Assembly (NCBI GenBank): GCA_023664445.1
Contig: JAMPFN010000006.1
Span: 176 to 64,175 of the forward strand
Reading direction: 5' to 3'
Source of the DNA: Clostridium sp.
GTDB lineage: Bacteria > Bacillota > Clostridia > Oscillospirales > Ruminococcaceae
Length of the DNA stretch: 64,000 bases
This document shows positions 57,457 through 64,000 of this stretch, in pieces. The notes beneath the pieces were generated by a model. It made no database searches and was not told the origin of the DNA. It saw only the letters and a list, made by a program, of their open reading frames with translations. The position numbers and the translations under genes are program-made. The stretch's first letter is position 1. The number at the start of each line of letters is the position of its first letter.

Positions 57457-57861
57457 ATGAATAATCTTTTTATAGTTTTATCTGCAAATACAAATCAAAG
57501 CGCGGGCAGCAGCATGCTCACAACATTCCTGTTGTTTGCTATCGTTATCGTTTTCTTTTATTTTCTTATGATAAGACCTCAAAAGAAAAAGGATAAAGAG
57601 CAGCAGGAAATGCGTGAAACTATACAGATAGGCGATGAGATCATGACTATCGGCGGTATAGTCGGTATCGTTGTTAAAAAAACAGAGGACACCGTTGTTA
57701 TCGAAACAGGCGGCGATAAGAGTAAGCTTAGGATCAAAATGTGGGCGATACAGGAAAATGTTACCGTTTCCGAAAAGCTTACCGCTGAAAAAAATGAAAA
57801 GAAGAAAGCTATGATGGAAGCCGCACAAAATAAAAAGAAAAAAAAGCAGGAAAAACAATAA
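57457..57861 (+). CDS. yajC: preprotein translocase subunit YajC
   Basis: TM-FYFLMIRPQKK and GDEIMTIGGIVG motifs. Confidence 0.92.
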   Translation: MNNLFIVLSANTNQSAGSSMLTTFLLFAIVIVFFYFLMIRPQKKKDKEQQEMRETIQIGDEIMTIGGIVGIVVKKTEDTVVIETGGDKSKLRIKMWAIQENVTVSEKLTAEKNEKKKAMMEAAQNKKKKKQEKQ

Positions 57862-57910
57862 GATTTTTATCTGCGTTCTGACATTGTCAAATTGAACCAA
57901 AATACCAATA

Positions 57911-57948
57911 AAATACCCTTGACAGGTTAGTTTCTGTCAAGGGTATTT
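57911..57948. terminator. bidirectional intrinsic terminator
   Basis: AAATACCCTTGACAG / CTGTCAAGGGTATTT between convergent yajC and the acyl ligase gene. Confidence 0.8.
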
Positions 57949-57961
57949 TTGCGATGCTGCC

Positions 57962-57983
57962 TTAGAGCCTGTTCAGTATCTTA
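57962..57983. mobile_element. minimal family-1 MITE scar
   Basis: TTA-GAGCCTGT-TCAGTATC-TTA, next to the ligase stop codon. Confidence 0.45.
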
Positions 57984-57985
57984 AA

Positions 57986-59494
57986 CTAAATCGAAGCTCG
58001 AATGATTTTTTTAGAAGCTGTTTTAGGAAATTCAGTATCTCTGATAATCAGTTTTGTAATACGCTTTGCCGGCGGAAATTCCGCATTTACTTCATCTATC
58101 TTTTGCTGAATATCAGCTTCAATATTCTCGGACACATAATCGGGATCGGGATATACCTCCGCTGTGAGCAGATCATTCTTTGCGTAAACAACAATTTCTT
58201 TTATAGGTTTACAGCAGGCAAACTGATTTTCGATTTCCTCGGGGGAAACATTTTCACCATTGGATAAAATAATCAGATTCTTCTTTCTGCCGGTTATATA
58301 GACATATCCGTCATCGTCCACATAGCCCAGATCTCCTGTTTTCAGCCAACCGTCCTCTGTCAATGTCTTAGCGGTTTCTTCAGGGTTTTTATAATATCCT
58401 TGCATAACGGACTTACTCTTTACGCATATTTCGCCGTCCTCAATACGGATCTCGCAGCCCGGAACTCGTCTGCCTACAGATTTTGGCTTCGGACAGCCTT
58501 TTACGCCCGTACAGATACGCGGCGAACATTCCGTCATGCCGTAGCCCTGAGCAATGGCAATGCCAAATTCCTTATAACCGTCAATGATATCGGGGCTAAG
58601 ATATGCGCCACCCGTATAGATCACGCTGAAATTCTCGCCAAAGGTTTCCTTGCCGACTGCAATTTTATCGGGATTTTTTTCTGCCGCAAGCTGCATTTTT
58701 GACAAAATGGAAGCTGCTATCAAAGGCACGAATGTCGTTTCATCCGGCTGAAAAATTTTCAGATTTTTTGGAATGTGCATAAGCGAATCGTTGACGCAAA
58801 GAATTCTTCCGTACCACAAAGCGCATAGAATATCACAGGTAAAGCAGAAAACATGATGCACCGGCAATACTGTCATACGCTTCTGACCGCGGAAATTATT
58901 GTCGGGTTCACAGGTCGTATTATCGATAAGATTGCCGTTGCTTAGCATGACGCCCTTGCTCTGACCGGTGGTTCCCGAAGTAAAAAGAATTGCCGCAAGG
59001 TCGCTTTCTTTCGGATCGCCGTCAGGAGTTTTTCCGATATACTCGTCAATAATATCGCCAAGAAACAGAAAGCTTTCCTGCTTTTCATGAAGATGAATAA
59101 AATATTTCACCTGCGGACAAAGCTTTTTAAACTGTTCGATCTCGTTTTCATGACGCTTGTCCACAATAATAATTTCGCTATCCGAACGGTTTACCTCATC
59201 GGCAATTTTTTCCGCAGGATTGGCATTATCAAGAGGAACGGTCACATTTCCGCTACATTGAATACCAAACCAGGCTGTCAGGTACTCATAGCTTGTAGAG
59301 CCGATAACAGCGGCGTGTACGCCGTTTGGAAACTTTTCCGCGATCCAAACCGCAAAGCTGTCGCAGTCGCGGCGAAAATCGTGAAAGCTTTTGTCACGAA
59401 GCTTACGGTGCAGATACTCTCTGACGAAAGGCTCGTTGCCGAATACCGTATCGGCACGATAAACAAGTTCTTTAAGTGTAGAGATCTCCGCCAT
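57986..59494 (-). CDS. long-chain fatty acyl-AMP/CoA ligase (adenylation enzyme)
   Basis: FTSGTTGQSK, GYGMTE, WLKTGDLG, TGRKKNLI and PKTASKK motifs. Confidence 0.9.
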   Translation of the reverse strand: MAEISTLKELVYRADTVFGNEPFVREYLHRKLRDKSFHDFRRDCDSFAVWIAEKFPNGVHAAVIGSTSYEYLTAWFGIQCSGNVTVPLDNANPAEKIADEVNRSDSEIIIVDKRHENEIEQFKKLCPQVKYFIHLHEKQESFLFLGDIIDEYIGKTPDGDPKESDLAAILFTSGTTGQSKGVMLSNGNLIDNTTCEPDNNFRGQKRMTVLPVHHVFCFTCDILCALWYGRILCVNDSLMHIPKNLKIFQPDETTFVPLIAASILSKMQLAAEKNPDKIAVGKETFGENFSVIYTGGAYLSPDIIDGYKEFGIAIAQGYGMTECSPRICTGVKGCPKPKSVGRRVPGCEIRIEDGEICVKSKSVMQGYYKNPEETAKTLTEDGWLKTGDLGYVDDDGYVYITGRKKNLIILSNGENVSPEEIENQFACCKPIKEIVVYAKNDLLTAEVYPDPDYVSENIEADIQQKIDEVNAEFPPAKRITKLIIRDTEFPKTASKKIIRASI

Positions 59495-59718
59495 TATTTC
59501 AGCCCTCCGATATAGGCGATCAGTTCGCCTACCGTCTTGCTGTTTGCCGCCTCGGCTTCATCGATCTCCACGTCGAAAGCGTCCTCACAATCGCCGAGCA
59601 TGCACATAAAGTCATAAGAATTAAAACCGATATCCTCTATAAAACGTGACTCTTCTTCTATCTCATTGGATTCAATATCAATATACTGCGTAATCAGCTC
59701 TGTCAGTTTTTCAAGCAT
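59494..59718 (-). CDS. acyl/peptidyl carrier protein
   Basis: 74 aa, acidic, with the GFNSYD phosphopantetheine Ser motif. Stop overlaps the ligase start (TAATG). Confidence 0.88.
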   Translation of the reverse strand: MLEKLTELITQYIDIESNEIEEESRFIEDIGFNSYDFMCMLGDCEDAFDVEIDEAEAANSKTVGELIAYIGGLK

Positions 59719-59732
59719 TTTTCTTACCTCCG

Positions 59733-61139
59733 TTAAGTCATATCAATGATTTCCCGAATCGTTCTATTCGGATTTTCTATGCTTCGGAACAAAACACGTC
59801 CCGTAAAATAGTACAGGAATTCGATTTCCTGCGGAGTAACAAGCTCGGACTGATATCCGAAATGGAAAGTCAGACCTCCGTCGCCGAAACGATGCATTGC
59901 CGTAATGTAAAGCGGCTGAGGCTGTCTGCCGCTGTTATACCATCTGCTTTTGACGGGAATATCTTTAAGATAAGGCACAAGGCTTTTAAGCGTTGCGTTC
60001 TGATACGTAAAGCTGACGCTCTGATAGCATCCGCCCTGAGGATAGCCGAATTTCTGCCTTTGCTGACCGTAAAAGCCAAGCGTTGGATAATCGGCATGAA
60101 GAAACAGCTCCTGCTGCGCTTTATTGATGATATCCATAGATTCAAGTACCGTTTTATCAAGATCTATTATGGTACGCAGATCAAAGCAATGCATTCTGAC
60201 GCCGCCGCTTCGCTTATTGTGAAGAGTGGATCTGCGGCTTACGAAATCCTTGATCGTTACGTCAGTTTCGTTGTTGTTGAATTTGGAAAGCACAGTTCTG
60301 ATGGCATGAAGTATCACAACGCTGACGGGAATATTATTTTCTTCAGAAAAACGCAGTATCTTATTGGTGGAATCCACATTCAGATCATAAGTTACAGTTC
60401 TGCCCGCGCCCGTTTTTGTGGCAAGCACACCATAGCGCTGACCGGGATTTTCCTTGCGCCATTGTATCATTCTTCCGAAACCTGTATAATCGGTGTACAT
60501 AGGTTCGGGCTTATTCAGGATCTCCTGCCAGAAAGCCGTATCGCGCTGCTGCTTTTTGCTGCCGTTATACTCCAGATCTTTTTTGACGGATTCTATATAA
60601 GACGCCATTGGTTTCGGATAAGGCAGATCGTATATAAGATGACAGTAAATGTCCATTACATCTTTTGTAAAGGTTATCACAGAGCATGAATCCATACAGC
60701 AGTGATGCACATTGAAATAGTAGCCGTTGTAGCCGTCAGGCATTGAAACGATAACGATTCGTGAAAGTTCTCCGCCAAAAGTATCAAAGGGCTGCGAAGT
60801 CCAGCGGTCGAGGATCTCGTGAGCTTTCTCTTCGGTCAAAGCAGAAAAGTCGTAGTACTCAAAATATTTGTTTTCATAAGGCATTACATACTGCCAAAGT
60901 TCCCCCGTATCAGGGTCTTTCCATATACGCATACGCATCGACTCGCACCGTTCCACAGCGCGGTTCAGCGCCTCGCGAAGAACGGAAATATTAAGTCCCG
61001 TTTTCAAGTACTGACCTGTACCTATATTTACGATTTCATGAGTAGGACTTAAAGAAAGAGTATAGATATGCACCATTTGCGCCGCAGTAAGAGGATAACA
61101 GTCGCGCTTTATTCCTCCAATGATTTTTTCCATAGACAC
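59733..61139 (-). CDS. stand-alone NRPS-type condensation domain protein
   Basis: YPLTAAQ (C1), ESMRMR (C2) and HHCCMDS (HHxxxD active site); 468 aa. Confidence 0.88.
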   Translation of the reverse strand: MSMEKIIGGIKRDCYPLTAAQMVHIYTLSLSPTHEIVNIGTGQYLKTGLNISVLREALNRAVERCESMRMRIWKDPDTGELWQYVMPYENKYFEYYDFSALTEEKAHEILDRWTSQPFDTFGGELSRIVIVSMPDGYNGYYFNVHHCCMDSCSVITFTKDVMDIYCHLIYDLPYPKPMASYIESVKKDLEYNGSKKQQRDTAFWQEILNKPEPMYTDYTGFGRMIQWRKENPGQRYGVLATKTGAGRTVTYDLNVDSTNKILRFSEENNIPVSVVILHAIRTVLSKFNNNETDVTIKDFVSRRSTLHNKRSGGVRMHCFDLRTIIDLDKTVLESMDIINKAQQELFLHADYPTLGFYGQQRQKFGYPQGGCYQSVSFTYQNATLKSLVPYLKDIPVKSRWYNSGRQPQPLYITAMHRFGDGGLTFHFGYQSELVTPQEIEFLYYFTGRVLFRSIENPNRTIREIIDMT

Positions 61140-61239
61140 ACCTCCGTATAAATTATATTAAAATAGTTCTCCTGTTTATATAGTAACATAATTTTACTAA
61201 TATGTCAAGGATTTCTTTTGCGGCAACCATGGAAATGAT

Positions 61240-61500
61240 TTTTTGAGAAACTTGCAGGGGACGCTGTCCCCTAACCCCTGAAATGATTTCCGTGTTGCGC
61301 AGTATGTTCATTTCTTGCCATGATGCAGGAAACGAACCAAAGTACTTTAAAATAGTATGTTTTTTAATATACATACGAAAGCTGATTGTTGAGTTCTGCT
61401 ATTGAGTGATAATCTGTGTTGTCGTCTTTGGAGGGTGATTCCCCACAGTGTGGGGAAATGTCCCGAAGGGACAAAAGGGACGGGCGACCGTTGGGAGACA
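61240..61500. repeat. mosaic repeat cluster: modules D and E plus a C-like REP hairpin
   Basis: TTTTGAGAAACTTGCAGGGGACGCTGTCCCCTAACCCCTG; TTCATTTCTTGCCATGATGCAGGAAACGAACCAAAG; GGTGATTCCCCACAGTGTGGGGAAATGTCCCGAAGGGACAAAAGGG (compare 3585..3630). Confidence 0.8.
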
Positions 61501-61580
61501 GCCCGCCTGCATCCTCCGCCCTGCTATGAAAAATTTTTATTCAATTCCTTTTGTTCCGCTTTCAAGTAGGGTGACTATAT

Positions 61581-62741
61581 TTATAGAACTTTCTTTACCT
61601 GATTCATGCATAAGAAGATCAATTTAATAAACACAAAAAAATTACATGCTGTTATAAGCGGAACAATAAACAACAGCACAACTACCATTGACTGATAATG
61701 ATTCCAGATCTCTGTAAATTGTATATCTTGTATATATTTTATAAAACGATCATAGTAATATCCTATATCAAACAATTGCTCCTTCACAGGTAAAAAGCCC
61801 TCCGGAATATATATATCAGCAATGCCGAATTTAAAAATTAAAAACACAGTTAAAAGCATGAAAATAAGCAAAAAAATATTTAATACCAATTTTTTTGTTT
61901 TAACCTCAGAATTGTCTTTCAAGGATACCTTGATTGACAAAAACACAGAAGAAACTTTCTTTAAAAAAATACGGCACACTTGAATAACAATACAAATCAC
62001 GCTCAGATCTATCAAAATATAAAAGAAATTCATTAAGAGCCTTTTTATGCTGTACAAATTTGTTTCGTAATAAAATGCAGATAATTTCCCGTCTAACAAT
62101 TCATTAGTATCATAAATAATATCATTGTCAGACTGACTGTTTGATTTAATATATAAAAAATCTGTTTTTGCAGTATCTTCTAAGAGATTGATTGGCACAA
62201 ATACCGTATCTGACCCATTAGAGGACAATTTATTAATAATATCGTCCTTTTCGGAATAGACACCTAATATTGATTTTTTCTGTCCGGACAAATAAATCTC
62301 ATTTCCAATTATATCAATACTTTTAAAAAGCAAATTCGCTAACTTATCACTGATAATTACTGCATTATGTTCTGAAAGCATATCCAAACCAAAAAATTCA
62401 CCTTTAATAATATTCAATTTATGTATCGGTAAATAATAATTATCAGTATAGATTATATTGACATTTTCTGATATGAGACTGTTTTGACACGATCCAACTA
62501 TACCGGTTTCTCTCACCTGAGCGTTCAATATTAAATTTTCATTATTACTGCGTGCGTTTTCCACATCCGCAACGCTGATCGTATTATTTTTTTCATCTGA
62601 ATTATCCATTAAAATATATTCCATTGCATCGGGAAATGCATTATTTATTCTTTGATACAGCGATAAATTGAGCTTTACAAAAAAGATAAAAAGCACTGCA
62701 TAGATAAATGCCATTATTCTTGACCTATGTACTTTATCCAT
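61581..62741 (-). CDS. membrane protein with a MacB-like extracytoplasmic domain
   Basis: TM1, extracytoplasmic IIKGEFF...AVIISDKLANLLF..IIGNEI (MacB_PCD-like), and three C-terminal TM segments. Confidence 0.7.
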   Translation of the reverse strand: MDKVHRSRIMAFIYAVLFIFFVKLNLSLYQRINNAFPDAMEYILMDNSDEKNNTISVADVENARSNNENLILNAQVRETGIVGSCQNSLISENVNIIYTDNYYLPIHKLNIIKGEFFGLDMLSEHNAVIISDKLANLLFKSIDIIGNEIYLSGQKKSILGVYSEKDDIINKLSSNGSDTVFVPINLLEDTAKTDFLYIKSNSQSDNDIIYDTNELLDGKLSAFYYETNLYSIKRLLMNFFYILIDLSVICIVIQVCRIFLKKVSSVFLSIKVSLKDNSEVKTKKLVLNIFLLIFMLLTVFLIFKFGIADIYIPEGFLPVKEQLFDIGYYYDRFIKYIQDIQFTEIWNHYQSMVVVLLFIVPLITACNFFVFIKLIFLCMNQVKKVL

Positions 62742-63813
62742 TATTTATCACCCTTACCGTTTCACCATTTGTCAATGCTCTTGAAGATGATATAACAATT
62801 TTAGTATATTCATTTATGTCGTTTCCTGTTATGGCGGCATTAACATTATTATGCGATATTTGGTTTACATAAACCTTCTCCACATATGATTCCTTTCCAA
62901 ACAAACCCTCTTTGGTACGGATAACATATACAAAAGTATCGCCGTATTCATTGACTGAAACTGCATTTAAAGAGATCACATTATTGTATGCCTGTGATGA
63001 GAGTTCATATAAAACATTCACTTTTTTTCCTTCATTCAAATGTATCTCCTCGTCTGTAATTTCGGCATAAAATGAGTATTGCAAGGTTTCGGGATCGTAT
63101 ATTTTTTTAGTTACTGCCATATTGACCTTTTTTTCTTCAGCAGTCATTTTTCCGTTTATTAATTCATCTTGATTATAAGACACTTCTACCCTGCCTCCAA
63201 CAGGACATAGAGCGCCCTCGTCCTCATTCATTGAAAATTGAACGGACATCGATTGATCTCCCTCTGTGAATTTTGCAAGGGATTGACCGGCGGGAATAAA
63301 CGTATTTTCCGATACGGCGATCTGAGAAATAATACCGTCTGATTGGGCGCAGATCTCGCCGGAGTAAGGCGTTTGCGATTTATAAAGTTCCATTTCCTTT
63401 TCAAGTATTTCTAACTGCGTATTCAGCTGTTCACGTTCACTGTAATTATGCCATTGGGAAAGCTGTTCATTCAGCTTCCGGATCTCCAGTTCCTTTTTTT
63501 GAATCTCAATTTCAAATTCCTTTGAATTCACCTCAAAAAGAACATCTCCGGCTTTTACAGTTGAATTTTCTTCTGCTAAAACAGCGGTAATTTCCAGCGG
63601 TACATTATAACTGATATCACGCTTGTTTTCTATAGTAACTATACCCTCGGTTTTCAGATCAATAGGAAGTTCATCCCATTTTGGCGTTGAAATTTCAACA
63701 GTCGTTAATGTCAGGTTATATAACGTCTTTGAAAAAAACGTACATAAAATCAAAATAATCAATAAAGTTAACGAACAGCATATTAATACCCTGTTTTTTT
63801 TATTGGATCTCAA
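62734..63813 (-). CDS. HlyD/RND-type membrane fusion (periplasmic adaptor) protein
   Basis: TM anchor, lipoyl half-motifs (VKAGDVLF, AQSDGIISQI), alpha hairpin and ALTNGETVRV tail. Confidence 0.8.
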   Translation of the reverse strand: MRSNKKNRVLICCSLTLLIILILCTFFSKTLYNLTLTTVEISTPKWDELPIDLKTEGIVTIENKRDISYNVPLEITAVLAEENSTVKAGDVLFEVNSKEFEIEIQKKELEIRKLNEQLSQWHNYSEREQLNTQLEILEKEMELYKSQTPYSGEICAQSDGIISQIAVSENTFIPAGQSLAKFTEGDQSMSVQFSMNEDEGALCPVGGRVEVSYNQDELINGKMTAEEKKVNMAVTKKIYDPETLQYSFYAEITDEEIHLNEGKKVNVLYELSSQAYNNVISLNAVSVNEYGDTFVYVIRTKEGLFGKESYVEKVYVNQISHNNVNAAITGNDINEYTKIVISSSRALTNGETVRVINNG

Positions 63814-63825
63814 TTGTTTTCACCT

Positions 63826-63999
63826 CTATTTCATATTAACATGTTCAATTCCTTTAATCATTTGATCCTTTAATAAAAGGAACAGAAGCAATACCGGCAA
63901 AATCGCCAGTACACCGCAAACAAATTCGATCTCAAAATCAAATTCATTGATACGGGAAAGAAAAATTGATAATGGATATTTTAACTGATCTTTTAGAAA
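63826..63999 (-). CDS. partial carbohydrate-ABC (MalG-type) permease C-terminus, truncated by the window end
   Basis: FLKDQLKYPLSIFL...GVLAILPVLLLFLLLKDQMIKGIE resembles the MalG C-terminal PxxxxFxxxQxxxxxG motif. Confidence 0.6.
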   Translation of the reverse strand, partial: FLKDQLKYPLSIFLSRINEFDFEIEFVCGVLAILPVLLLFLLLKDQMIKGIEHVNMK

Positions 64000-64000
64000 A

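Noticed and set aside
59862-60689. Long antisense ORFs (275 aa here; also 47518..48186, 55165..56007, 19705..20304 and others)
   Set aside because: They shadow well-supported genes on the opposite strand and have no motifs of their own.

Overview
Chromosomal segment of an anaerobic, probably spore-forming, cellulosome-type Firmicute. It looks Ruminococcus/Oscillospiraceae-like, inferred from the dockerin protein, NfnAB and the split PurH. Most of the window is housekeeping: ftsEX-envC-ctpA, argS, murI, ddl, rpmG-secE-nusG-rplKA, ackA, coaD-rsmD-uvrC, a pur operon, nadE-pyrE, tyrS, feoAB, nfnAB, yajC and two tRNAs. The non-routine content is: (1) a cell-wall amidase gene bracketed by ~220-bp inverted repeats built from a modular palindromic repeat family that recurs across the window; (2) a glutamine-synthetase homologue missing several catalytic ligands, coupled to an ANTAR protein with a pseudo-receiver domain; (3) a second PurF with a dismantled glutaminase site next to a canonical PurF; (4) a condensation domain-carrier protein-acyl-AMP ligase cluster of the fatty-acid-amide type; (5) a size-graded MITE family with TAA/TTA target duplications, often at or just after stop codons, two copies of which flank a dockerin-bearing double CE12 esterase; (6) an intact Lnt in a monoderm; (7) a tandem pair of paralogous small membrane proteins; (8) a truncated AT-rich module mixing importer- and exporter-type ABC parts. 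No CRISPR array, rRNA, transposase or integrase was seen. All family assignments come from motif recognition by eye; no database search was run.
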